DNA of 64,000 nt. Origin: an uncultured Gemmatimonadales bacterium (lineage in GTDB: Bacteria; Gemmatimonadota; Gemmatimonadetes; Longimicrobiales; Gaopeijiaceae). The stretch lies in assembly GCA_963809895.1 (NCBI GenBank), contig CAWELD010000003.1, forward strand, positions 1 to 64,000, given 5' to 3'. Made by a program: the position numbers and the translations under genes. The notes beneath the pieces are model-generated. The model was not told where the DNA came from and did no database searches. It saw nothing but the letters and a program-made list of their open reading frames with translations. Positions 18,448 to 28,312 of the stretch are shown here, piece after piece. Each line of letters opens with the position of its first letter. Position 1 is the stretch's first letter.

Positions 18448-18996
18448 ATGGCCGACATGGTGATCAACGGCAAGACGTACGAGCACTGCTTCGTCCGCGG
18501 TACCGTGGTGGGCGCAGACAAGCAACTGGAGACCAAGGTCCACGGTGGCGGCGGTGGGGGTGGGTCCTTCCGGGGCACCGGCTACACGGCCCCGGTGCGG
18601 GTGTCGTCCACTACCACCACGCATGACCTGGTCCACCTGCAGGACGATGACGGCGGCGAGCACGCCATCCGCCTGCAGAACTGGGACCTGGCGGTACGCG
18701 AGACCCACAAGCTCACCGCCGTGTGGCTGATCAAGAAGGGCCGCAAGAAGGGGCCTTACGTGGCCATCCACAACCACACCCTGGGCGAGACCGACTACGA
18801 CGACCGGCTCCTGGCCAAGCTCAACCGCTCGCTCTGGATCCTGCTGGCGAGCCTGGCGCTGATCTTCCTGCCGGTGAGCGGGGGGATCCGCTTCATCCTC
18901 GTGGTCGCGGGGCTCGCCTACTGGTGGTACCGGGGGATCAAGGGCCGCAAGGAGCTCATCGCCAGCGGGCGACTGCTCCAGTTGGCGGGGGTGTAG
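18448..18996 (+). CDS. Hypothetical membrane protein
   Basis: GGGAG RBS; host-like codon usage; two C-terminal TM helices. Confidence 0.75.
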   Translation: MADMVINGKTYEHCFVRGTVVGADKQLETKVHGGGGGGGSFRGTGYTAPVRVSSTTTTHDLVHLQDDDGGEHAIRLQNWDLAVRETHKLTAVWLIKKGRKKGPYVAIHNHTLGETDYDDRLLAKLNRSLWILLASLALIFLPVSGGIRFILVVAGLAYWWYRGIKGRKELIASGRLLQLAGV

Positions 18997-19003
18997 ATGG
19001 CAG

Positions 19004-19684
19004 TCACGGCGCCTCTCGGGCTCCGAACAGCGCGGCTTCGGCTTCGGCCAGGTGGCGGTCGATGAGATCGAGGGCGCGCCTCGTTCCGCCGGCTGCGATG
19101 GCCTCCACGAGGGCCCGGTGCTCGAAGACGTGGGCTCTCTGGCTCGCCTTCTTCTCCCGCAGGTCGGAAGCCAGGAGGTGGAGGTGCAGGGGGAGCGTCG
19201 CGCGTCGGAACTCCTCTGCCAGGGTGCGGCTGCCGGCGGCGGCGACGAGGTCCCCGTGGAATCGCAGGTCCAGGACGCCGTAGCGATCCCAGTCGCCGGC
19301 CGAGGCGGCCGCCTCCATGACCGCCGCCGTCTCCTGGAGGGGAGTCAGGTCGGGTGAAGGGGCCGAGGGGTCGGCGACGGCCCGGGTCAGGACACGAACC
19401 GCGCCCGGCTCCACGGCGCGCCTGAGTGCCATGACGTCGCGGACCTCGTCGAGATCGGGATGGGCGACCCGGCTGCCCCGATGAGCCCGCCTCTGGATCA
19501 GCCCCTCGTGCTCGAGCAGGAGCAGCCCCTCGCGCACCGTGTTCCGGCTCGCATCGAACTCCGCCGCCAACCCGGCTTCGGTGAGCGGATCGTCGGGGCG
19601 GAGGCGGCCAGCGAAGATCCGGTCCCGAAGCTCGGCGGCGATGGCCATCGGCACGGAGCGGCGGAGGTCGGGAGGAGAGGTCAC
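19004..19684 (-). CDS. GntR (FadR/FCD) family regulator
   Basis: ELRDRIFAGRLRPDDPLTEAGLAAEFDASRNTVREGL; DLRFH..EH; GTGA overlap with upstream gene. Confidence 0.9.
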   Translation of the reverse strand: MTSPPDLRRSVPMAIAAELRDRIFAGRLRPDDPLTEAGLAAEFDASRNTVREGLLLLEHEGLIQRRAHRGSRVAHPDLDEVRDVMALRRAVEPGAVRVLTRAVADPSAPSPDLTPLQETAAVMEAAASAGDWDRYGVLDLRFHGDLVAAAGSRTLAEEFRRATLPLHLHLLASDLREKKASQRAHVFEHRALVEAIAAGGTRRALDLIDRHLAEAEAALFGAREAP

Positions 19685-21150
19685 GGCGCGGTCTCCGGGT
19701 CGGGGATCGGGGCCCGCACGGCGACCACGCGGATGCCGTCCGGGGTGGAGCGCGAGAAGACGGCCACGGCGGCGTCGCGTGCGACGGTCAGGCCATGGTA
19801 GTCGCCGAGGAAGAAGTTGCCCGCTCGACGTGGGGTCCAGTCGAATCGGTCCAGACGAGCGCGGGCAGCCACCCGGGTCGCTCCATCGGTGTCCACCCGG
19901 AGCCACGCCAACTCCACGGCCGTGGGGAGACGGACCCCGGCGCCCGCAGAACTCTCGTTGGCGGCCGAGGGGATGCCGTCCGCGGCGGGCTCGGCGGCGA
20001 CGGAGTCGGGCCGGAACCAGCTGACGGCCACCATCCCTCGAGGGGCCACGGCCATCGTCGGCCGCCACCCGATCCGGCCCGCGGGGCTCACCTCGGCCGA
20101 CTGCCAGACGAGGCCACCGTCGCCGGACCTGGCCAGCCGGATGGTCGGCGCGCCGTTGGGGCCGGGCGCCATGTAGGCCACCCACAACGTGCCGCTGGCC
20201 CGGTCGATCCCCGACGAAACGATGTCGGGGGCAAGCTCCAGCTCGGAGTCCGTGCCGGGGTAGCGGAGCCACCCGTCGGGCGGATCCCAGGACGCCACCG
20301 GGCGTGGTGAGCTCCAGCTCTGACCGTCGTCCTCCGAACGGATCACCGCGATGTGGGCCCCGTGCGGGTCGTGGCCAAAGACCACCCACAGCTCGCCCGA
20401 ACGAGCCCCGGTGAGGGGCTGCGGGGCCAGGGCCCAAGGGGCGTCCGGTCCCGGCACGGGGGTGGGTGCGAGAGGCGTCCAGTGACGCCCACCGTCGTCG
20501 GTACGTGCCACTCCCGCCGGTCCGGAGTCCCCGAGATAGCGTGTGGTGGTGAGGAAGGCGACCCCGGGAGAACCCGGGACCGAGGCGATGGCGGTGTTGT
20601 CGTGGTTCACGCCACTCCGGGCGAGATCGGAGACAGCCACGGGAACGCTCCAGCGCTCGCCACCATACTCCGAGACCGCCACCTGCAGGATGCTCCCGGC
20701 GTCGCCTTCGTCCTCGTCCGCTCCCGGCTCCCAGCCGATGGCCGCCACGTAGGCGCGGCCGTCGTCGTCGAGGGTGACCCACGGGTCGGAAACGTAGTGG
20801 GCGCCCGCCGGCCCGCCCGAGCACTCGCCGAAGGCCAGAGTCGCCGGGCGGGACCAGGTCCGGCCTCCATCCCGGCTCGCGGCCGCCTGCACCGCTCCCG
20901 GGCCTCCCGGCGCGCGGAGCATCCAGGCTGCCACCAGATGATCGGGATCCGCCGGCGACGACGCTACATGCGGCTCGATTTCGTCACGGGATCGCCAGCT
21001 CTCGGCGTCTCCGACGCAGGCCATCGACATCGAGTCGGCGGCCACACCATCGGTGAGGAACACCGGAGGCTCCGGCGGGGAGGCGTTCGCGGGGGGGCCG
21101 CATGCCGACAGGATGAGGAGGAGCGTCGGAGAGAAAGGGGAGGGGCGCAT
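19681..21150 (-). CDS. Sialidase-like BNR/Asp-box lipoprotein
   Basis: Lipobox LILSAC; Asp boxes SRDGGRTW, TDDGGRHW, SEDDGQSW, SGDGGLVW; FLGDYHGL. Confidence 0.85.
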   Translation of the reverse strand: MRPSPFSPTLLLILSACGPPANASPPEPPVFLTDGVAADSMSMACVGDAESWRSRDEIEPHVASSPADPDHLVAAWMLRAPGGPGAVQAAASRDGGRTWSRPATLAFGECSGGPAGAHYVSDPWVTLDDDGRAYVAAIGWEPGADEDEGDAGSILQVAVSEYGGERWSVPVAVSDLARSGVNHDNTAIASVPGSPGVAFLTTTRYLGDSGPAGVARTDDGGRHWTPLAPTPVPGPDAPWALAPQPLTGARSGELWVVFGHDPHGAHIAVIRSEDDGQSWSSPRPVASWDPPDGWLRYPGTDSELELAPDIVSSGIDRASGTLWVAYMAPGPNGAPTIRLARSGDGGLVWQSAEVSPAGRIGWRPTMAVAPRGMVAVSWFRPDSVAAEPAADGIPSAANESSAGAGVRLPTAVELAWLRVDTDGATRVAARARLDRFDWTPRRAGNFFLGDYHGLTVARDAAVAVFSRSTPDGIRVVAVRAPIPDPETAP

Positions 21151-21162
21151 GGCTCGCCAAGA

Positions 21163-21177
21163 AATTGTTGAACAATT
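21163..21177. promoter_or_regulatory. Candidate GntR operator
   Basis: AT-rich palindrome AATTGTTgAACAATT just upstream of the sialidase-GntR operon. Confidence 0.6.
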
Positions 21178-21318
21178 GAACAAAGCACGCCAATCTCGCG
21201 TCTGATCGGGGACCTCGTCAAGCGGTCTCGCCCCCGGCCCATGGCGGACACCCCTGGCTTTCCGCGTTGGAGTGCATGAGCCGACGCCTCATCCCCAGAA
21301 CCTTCTGGAGAACGTCTC

Positions 21319-22089
21319 ATGCCGACCCTGCCGCGACTCCGCCAACTCGCTCTGCTGCTGACCTTTCTCGTGTTGGCGCCGGCGCTACGTGCCCAGGAGC
21401 CGCCGCCCCTGCTGTCGGAGACGATCAAGTCCACGCTGGAGAAGGACGGCGTGGAGGCGGCCAAGGCCAAGTTCGACGAGATCTATCCCGATCAGTCGGA
21501 CGCATACCAGTTTGACATGAAGGGGATGGCCGACCTCGGCGGCGGGTACATGCAGGCCGGAGATTTCGAGAAGGGTGGGGCGGTCATGGAGATGGTGTCC
21601 GTCATGAGCCGTGCTGCCATGATGGCCAGCATGTCCCCGGCGCAGCGGGCGATGATGGAAGAGGCGCAGGCGAAGCAAGACGAGCCGAAGCACACCGAGA
21701 CCGACGGCCAGCGCGCGGAGCGGGCCCGCGTCCAACCGCCCCTCTCCGACGCAGTGGCCCCGCGCTACGAAGGCGTCTTCCAGGACCCGGACGAGCCGAA
21801 CGAGAACCGCCGCTACTTCCTGGCCCGCGATCCCTGTGGACCCCGGATCATGTTCGGCGCCATGTGGGGCGATGCCCAGAACATCTACCTGGACATCGAG
21901 TCCGAGAACCTGCTGGCGCAGCCCGCCGAGCAGGCGACCTATCAGGCGCCTCTCCGCATCGAGGTCGAGTTCGACGGCGCCGGGCGCGCGCAGCGTCTGA
22001 GCACCGATGCCGAGCTGTTCCCCCACTCCATCGAGCGCGTCGACGAGCTCCCCGAGGCGTGGAAGAACAGCCAGTGCACCATGGGGTGA
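21319..22089 (+). CDS. Secreted hypothetical protein
   Basis: GGAGA RBS; signal peptide ending ALRAQ; TPR-like N-terminal helix pair. Confidence 0.75.
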   Translation: MPTLPRLRQLALLLTFLVLAPALRAQEPPPLLSETIKSTLEKDGVEAAKAKFDEIYPDQSDAYQFDMKGMADLGGGYMQAGDFEKGGAVMEMVSVMSRAAMMASMSPAQRAMMEEAQAKQDEPKHTETDGQRAERARVQPPLSDAVAPRYEGVFQDPDEPNENRRYFLARDPCGPRIMFGAMWGDAQNIYLDIESENLLAQPAEQATYQAPLRIEVEFDGAGRAQRLSTDAELFPHSIERVDELPEAWKNSQCTMG

Positions 22090-22114
22090 GGTCGGTCGGT
22101 GAGGCCCCGCCCGC

Positions 22115-22519
22115 TCACGGGATCACGAAGGCCGTGTCGAGCTGGATGATGGGCTCCCCGTCAGGGCCCGGCCCCATGACCCGGATGTGCACAGTTCCCG
22201 AGGCCTCGAACTGAAGGACCGTGGAGTCGGTGTGAAGAGTTGCGCAGCGGTAGGGGCAAGGCGTGAACCGCACGTAGGGCCACACCCTGGCGACGGGCCC
22301 GTCCACCTCGTGTGCAAACTCGGCCTCGGGATCGCAGCACGGCCCGATGAAGTGCAGCACGGTCTCGATGCGCCGCCCGGCCAGGACGCTGAAGCGCGGC
22401 GGAGGAAAATCCTCCAGCGCCATCAGCTCACGCGGCTTCTCCGGGACCAGGCCCTCACAGGCTGCCAGCAACACGACGGCCAGAACCGCTGACATCACAC
22501 CCAGGCGGCACGAGATCAT
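22115..22519 (-). CDS. Hypothetical lipoprotein
   Basis: Lipobox VLLAAC; ATGA overlap with upstream gene. Confidence 0.62.
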   Translation of the reverse strand: MISCRLGVMSAVLAVVLLAACEGLVPEKPRELMALEDFPPPRFSVLAGRRIETVLHFIGPCCDPEAEFAHEVDGPVARVWPYVRFTPCPYRCATLHTDSTVLQFEASGTVHIRVMGPGPDGEPIIQLDTAFVIP

Positions 22520-23019
22520 GGTCGGTCCAACCCGTCGGAAGGCGGTAAGTCCGGAAAGCGGCCGCGCAGGGAGCGAAGCGTTTCGACCAGCGACGCGAGT
22601 TCCTCGGGCGGCCGGCCGGCGTCGAAGCTGACCTTTTTCCGGGCGTCGGGCGTCTCCACCTCCACCCACTCCGCGCCCCCGTCGGCACAATCCGGGCAGC
22701 CGTAGACGTCCTCGAGCGCCGCGATGCCGCTCGTCTGGACCTGTGCACGCAGCGCGCTCCACGCCTCGGCCGAGAGGTCCAGCTCCTCCACCGTCGTGGG
22801 GTACAGCGATGGATTGCCGCTCCGGCGCGTCAGGCGGAGCTCTGTGCGCGTGACGTCCATCTCCTGCTCGCAGTATCCCCGGCACTCGCCGAACGAAATC
22901 CCCCAGCGAACGACCGCGCTGTCGGGCAGCGGGTCGAACGGGGACGGATGGCAACTCGCCGTCAGGCCCAGGGTGCTCGCGCCGAGAACCAGGGCTCCGA
23001 GTATGAGGCATATCCGCAT
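22516..23019 (-). CDS. Hypothetical Cys-motif lipoprotein
   Basis: Lipobox LTASC; SFGECRGYC and YGCPDCADGGAEW motifs. Confidence 0.72.
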   Translation of the reverse strand: MRICLILGALVLGASTLGLTASCHPSPFDPLPDSAVVRWGISFGECRGYCEQEMDVTRTELRLTRRSGNPSLYPTTVEELDLSAEAWSALRAQVQTSGIAALEDVYGCPDCADGGAEWVEVETPDARKKVSFDAGRPPEELASLVETLRSLRGRFPDLPPSDGLDRP

Positions 23020-23121
23020 GGAAGGCTCCGCTGCATGCCGGTCGGGTACGGATCGGGCCTTTTCTTGCGAACGAGCACGCCGCGCCGTGCGTGACAGCAC
23101 GGCGGTGGTACTGCCGGCCTG

Positions 23122-24846
23122 CTAGTACCTCCAGCTCGTCACGTCCGCCCCTGCCGGTGCCGTGCGCAGGATCCGCTGCTGCATGAGCGGAAGCACGCGC
23201 TGATACGCGGTCTGGCCCGGGAACGCCGGGTCGCCGGAATAGCAGTGCGGCTGGCGCACGCCCCAGGTGAAGGAGCCGTCGTAGTAGGGGTCGGTGGTGC
23301 TCTCGAGGAACTGCTCCAACTGCCGGGTCGCCTCCTCGAGATAGAAGGTGTCGGTGTCGCCCATGTAGATGTGGAGCTTGCCCTTCAGCTTGGGGCCCAG
23401 CGTCGCCCAGTCCCGCTCCAGGATGTGGCGGATGTCGTAGTTCTCCTTCCAGTACTGGGCGACCTCGGGATCGATGACCCCGGTCCACTTGTCGAACAGG
23501 GGCACGGGATAGCCGTCGTCACCCTTGGGCCCGAACACCGCGAAGAAGATGTCCATCTGCTCGCCGGAACGGCCGCGGCTGCCCAGCACCGACTCCAGGT
23601 GCGTGAAGTCCCGCTCGGTCATGTAGACCTGGTCGTCGGTGTTCCGCATCAGCGGGCGCACGGCGTCCTTCTTGAAGGTCGTGTGCCCGGGATAGAAGGC
23701 GTTCTCGTCCTCGTAGATGTTCACGAGCTGGAAGTAGTTGAAGTCCACCGGATCGGGGCAGAACGTCCAGGTCCCGTTGAACATGTCGGGATAGAACACC
23801 TGCCAGGCCAGCGACTCCCAGCCGCCGGTGGATCCCCCGGAGATGGTGCGGGCCCACGGCTCCCCGATCCCCCGGAACTGTTGCTCGACCCGGGGGATGA
23901 GCTCCTGGGTGAGCGCATCGCCGTAGGGGCCGTTGTTGGCGGTGTTCACCGCGTACGAGTCGTCGTAGAACGGGGTGGGATGCTGCATGAAGACCAGGAT
24001 GAAGCGCCCCAGCCGGCCCGAGGTCCAGTCCTGGAAGAGCCGGTACTGGCTCTGCGCCTGCGCCAGTGCCTGTCCGGTCATGCCCTCGTCGGGTGGCGTC
24101 TCGCGGAAGCCGTTGAAGGTGCGCGGGAAATGGCCCTGCCAGTACACGACCGGATAGTGGGCGTTCGGGTGCTCGTCGAAGCCCCCGGGAAGCACGACCA
24201 CGGCGCCGAGGTCCATGTCGTGGCCCCACCACTCGCTCAGGATGTCGCTTTTGAAGCGGATGTGCTTCACGTACTTCGTGTCCGCCGGTGGCTCGACGGC
24301 CGGCATCACCTCGCTGAGCGTGATCTTGACCGCTGACGCACTCGACGGATCCACGTGCACCTGCTGGGGCGGGCTGTAGAGGTTGCCCTCCGACTGGTTC
24401 CAGTGCTGCCCCTCCCAGTGGTCCATGGGCAGCTTGACGGAGCTTCCGTCGGCCTGGTTGAAGGTCGTGTACACGTTGAGCACGGCCTGCACCCAGTAGT
24501 CGCCCGCCGGCAGATCGGCCAGACTCTCTACCGGATACCCGTGCGTCGAGGCGTCGATGACGGCGCTCTGTCCCGGCTCCCATCCCTCCACGTCCACCCC
24601 CAGGATCTGCGACGGGTCGGCGCCCCACAGGCCCTGGAAGCGCGGCTCGGGATCGTTGGTCGGCGAGATGACCAGGAGCACGCGGCCATCGAGCGGGCCG
24701 CTGGCGAGCTCCGGGGCCACCGAGATCTCGAAGCGGACCGGCGCCTGATCCGTGCCGGCCGGGGCCGCGCACGATGCGGCCAGGAGCAGGGCGAGGCCCA
24801 GGACCGGGGTCCGGGTCAGGGAACGGAAGAGACGGGGATTGGCCAT
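23122..24846 (-). CDS. Lipoprotein alpha/beta hydrolase (putative esterase family)
   Basis: Lipobox LAASC; NNGPYGDAL..ELIP; nucleophile GGSTGGW; GDTDTFYL. Confidence 0.85.
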   Translation of the reverse strand: MANPRLFRSLTRTPVLGLALLLAASCAAPAGTDQAPVRFEISVAPELASGPLDGRVLLVISPTNDPEPRFQGLWGADPSQILGVDVEGWEPGQSAVIDASTHGYPVESLADLPAGDYWVQAVLNVYTTFNQADGSSVKLPMDHWEGQHWNQSEGNLYSPPQQVHVDPSSASAVKITLSEVMPAVEPPADTKYVKHIRFKSDILSEWWGHDMDLGAVVVLPGGFDEHPNAHYPVVYWQGHFPRTFNGFRETPPDEGMTGQALAQAQSQYRLFQDWTSGRLGRFILVFMQHPTPFYDDSYAVNTANNGPYGDALTQELIPRVEQQFRGIGEPWARTISGGSTGGWESLAWQVFYPDMFNGTWTFCPDPVDFNYFQLVNIYEDENAFYPGHTTFKKDAVRPLMRNTDDQVYMTERDFTHLESVLGSRGRSGEQMDIFFAVFGPKGDDGYPVPLFDKWTGVIDPEVAQYWKENYDIRHILERDWATLGPKLKGKLHIYMGDTDTFYLEEATRQLEQFLESTTDPYYDGSFTWGVRQPHCYSGDPAFPGQTAYQRVLPLMQQRILRTAPAGADVTSWRY

Positions 24847-24920
24847 GACAGACTCTCGCGGGGCGCTCGGTAAGGGGGGATGCTCGCGCGGGCAACGTGG
24901 GCCGCGGCCTCCTACGGCAA

Positions 24921-24950
24921 GAGGCCGGCCCGGCGAACCGGACCGGCCTC
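24921..24950 (-). terminator. GC-rich stem-loop downstream of VPS10 gene
   Basis: GAGGCCGGCCCGG-CGAA-CCGGACCGGCCTC; weak U-tract. Confidence 0.45.
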
Positions 24951-24967
24951 CTGGGACTCGAGGCCCG

Positions 24968-27900
24968 TCAGCGGCCTTCGCGCACGCGCTCCAGCAGCTC
25001 GTCGAGCTCGAAGGGCGAAGAGTTGCCGGTGTAGCCCGTCTGGCGCTCCACCTTGAGCTCCTGCGTGTAGGTCTTGTCGCCCACGGTCAGGGTCACGGTG
25101 TAGTTGCCGGGCTCGGCGGTGGGTGCCTGTCCGCCGCCCTGGTTGAAGCGTCGGAAGATGCTGCCGAGCCCGCCGCCGGGGTTGATGAGGTCCGCCAGCT
25201 CGCGCATCTGGCCGTAGTTGAAGCCCCCGCCACCCTGGCCGGGGGGCGTCTCGCCGGGACGCTCCTGGAACGCCTCGGGATCGCGGCCTCCGCCGAACCC
25301 TCCTCCTCCTCCGAACATGGCGATGGCGGCCTGCGGGCCGGTCTCGCCGGTGATCACGCCCAGCATGCGGTCCAGGAACTGGGCATCCCAGCCGGCTTCC
25401 TTGAGCGAGTCCGCGACCACCTTGGCACGGGCTGCCACCCGGGCCTGCTCCTTCTTCTGCGACGGCGACGGCTCGGCCGCCGGCGGAGCCTCGCCCTGGA
25501 AGTTCCAGGTCACCTGGTGCAGTCCGGCCGTGGCGGGTCCACTCAAGGTGCGGAACACCTCACCGTCGGGGCCCTTGATGGCGATCTGCACCCGGGGGCC
25601 TCGCGCCATGCGGCCTCCGGGACCTCCCGGTCCTGGAGGGCCACCGGCCGGCGGTGCGCCCTGGGCGCTCGCCATGGCGGAGGGGGCCTGGTCCTGCTGC
25701 GCGTCGGCCAGCATGCCGGCGGTGCCTTCGCTCACGTAGTACTCGATGACCGCCTGCGAGCCCGGCGTCGGACGGCTGAACCACTGCTGCGCCGTGGACT
25801 CACCACCCCGGGCCTCCTCGCCGAACTGGAAGGCCGGCGCCGGCTCGAAGAGGGTGGCGTCGGCGGCCAGGACCCGGTCGTTGAGCTGCTCGAGGGGCGC
25901 GATGTTCACGATCCAGATCGAACGGCCGTGGGTGGCCGCGATGAGCTCGTGGTCGCGGGGGTGCACTTCCAGATCGTGCACCGGCACCGTGGGCAGCCCG
26001 TTCATGAAGGGCTGCCAGGTGGCGCCCCGGTCCGTGGACACGTACGCGCCCACGTCGGTGCCCACGAAGAGCAGGTTGGGGTTGTGGGGATCCTCCTCGA
26101 TCACGTGCACGAAGTCGGGGCTGCCGGTGGGCAGGTTGTTGGCGATGGAGCGGAAGCTCTCACCCCCGTCGTCCGTCACGTACACGTACGGCGTGAAGTC
26201 GTTGGTGCGGTGGTTGTCGAAGGTCACGTAGAAGCGCTGGTCGCTGTGACCCGACGCCTCGATGCGGCTCACGTAGGTGCCCTCCGGCACGCCGGGGAAG
26301 CGTCCGGTCAGCTCCATCCAGTTGTCGCCGTCGTCGTGCGTCACCCACACGCGCCCGTCGTCGGTGCCGGCGTAGATCCAGCCCTGATGGAGCGGCGACT
26401 CGTCCAGCGCGACCACGGTGGCGTAGGTCTCGGCGCCGGTGGCGTCGACGGTGATGCCGCCGGTGGTCTCGAGGCTCACCTTCACCTTGTCGGGATCGGC
26501 GTAACTCAGATCCGGTGAGATGGGCTTCAGGTGGGTGCCCCAGTCGGTGCTCTTCACCACCATGTTGCCGCCGGCGTAGAAGTGGCTCCGGTCATGCACG
26601 GACTGGAGCAGCGGCGTGTTCCAGTTCCAGCGCATGTCGTAGGCCGCCGAGTCCGCCGAGGCGCGCCGCCTGAGGTCCTGGATGCGCGGATCGTTCTCGC
26701 TCATCCCCTCGTCCATGAGCGTGACGATGGTGTCCTGATACGGCCGCCACACCTCCTCCCAGTCGGGCTTCTGCAGGCCCCGGCTCTCGCCCGTGGCCGT
26801 GTTCACGCGTTGCATGTTGCCGCCCTGCGACTCCACCCAGGCGATGGTGGGATCCACCGGGATCCTGGGCGCTCACGAAGCCGTCGCCGCCGCCGATGGT
26901 GGCCCAGTGGTACTTGCCCACCTGGCCCCGGGCGACGCGGCTGGGGCCGCACCAGGTGCCGTTGTCCTGGAGCCCGCCGCACACGCGGTACGGGATGTCC
27001 ATGTTGTAGCTGACGTCGTAGAACTGCCCGATGGCGATGTTGTTCAGGTAGCTCCAGTTGCCGCCCTTGTCGTAGGTGATGGCCACGCCGCCGTCATTGC
27101 CCACCAGCATGCGCGCGGGATCGTTGGGGTCGATCCAGAAGGCGTGGTCGTCGACGTGCACGTCGTTGGTGGTGGCGCCGTAGGTCTTGCCGCCGTCGTT
27201 GGAGAACTGGATGGGCGTGGACGAGAAGTAGATGCGGTTCTCGTCACGGGGGTCCACCCGCACCTGCGAGTAGTAGAACGGACGGTTGTCCACGTCGTTC
27301 ATCTTCTCCCAGGTCGCGCCGGAGTCCGTGGAGCGATAGAGTCCGGTGCCGCCGCTGCCGTCGGCTTCCTTCTCGGCCTCCACCTCGGCGTACATGGTCG
27401 AGGGATTCGAGGCTGCGATGGCCAGCCCGATGCGGCCCTTGTTGGCGGTGGGGAAGCCGTTCCCTTCGACCTCGGTCCAGGTGTCGCCGCCGTCGGTGCT
27501 CTTCCACAGCCCGCTGCCGGGGCCGCCGCTGTTCAGGAAGTAGGGCCCGCGCACACGCTCCCAGCTCGACGCCCACACCACGTTGGGATCCCGGGGATCC
27601 AGGATGACGTCGACGAACCCGGCCTTGTCGCTGATGTGCTTGACCAGCTCCCAGGTGTCGCCGCCGTCCTTCGTGCGGTACAGGCCACGCTCGGGGTTGG
27701 AGTCCCAGATGTGGCCGAGCGCCGCGACGTAGACGATGTCGGGATTGGTGGGATGCACTACGATGCGCCCGATGACCTGGGTCTCCTTCAGTCCCTTGAA
27801 CTCCCAGGTGTCACCGCCGTCGGTGGACTTGAAGATGCCACCGCCGGGCGAGATGGAGTTGCGGGAGTTCCCTTCACCCGTGCCGACCCAGACCTGCTCG

Positions 27901-28211
27901 GGGTCCGAGGGCGAGATGCCGATGTCGCCCATGGCCGCCACCCGGTCGCCGTTCCATACCAGCTTGAACGTCGTACCGTTGTTGGTGGTCTTCCACACGC
28001 CGCCGGCTGCGGAGGCCACGTAGAAGGTCTTGGACGGACTCGGCAGTCCCTCCACGTCGGTGACGCGGCCCATCATGTTGCTGGGCCCGATGGAGCGCCA
28101 TTTGAACTGCTCCATCATGTCGTCGCTCAGTGGCTGCGTGAGCTGGGCCCGCAGGGCCGGCGCCGTGAATGCCAGGATCGCCAGGGCGGCGAGGGAGGTG
28201 ATGCGTCGCAT
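24968..28211 (-). CDS. VPS10/BNR-repeat glycosyl-hydrolase-like secreted protein; one frameshift near 26860
   Basis: WRSIGP..GRV, many S.DGG.TW boxes, GGLQDNG; ORFs 26592-28235 and 24968-26857 join (SAQDP/VDPTIAW) by removing one C. Confidence 0.85.
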
Positions 28212-28312
28212 GATACTGTCCTGCCCAGGGTGCATGGAGCCGCGCTGCGGAGGGGGCGGCGGACGTGAATCCCAAAGTAGGGGATCGGGGCCGTGAGGCC
28301 AGGGTGCCCTGC

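Noticed and set aside
19004..20824. 606-aa extended GntR
   Set aside because: Extension is an Arg/Gly/Pro-rich alternate frame of the sialidase gene; real start at 19684
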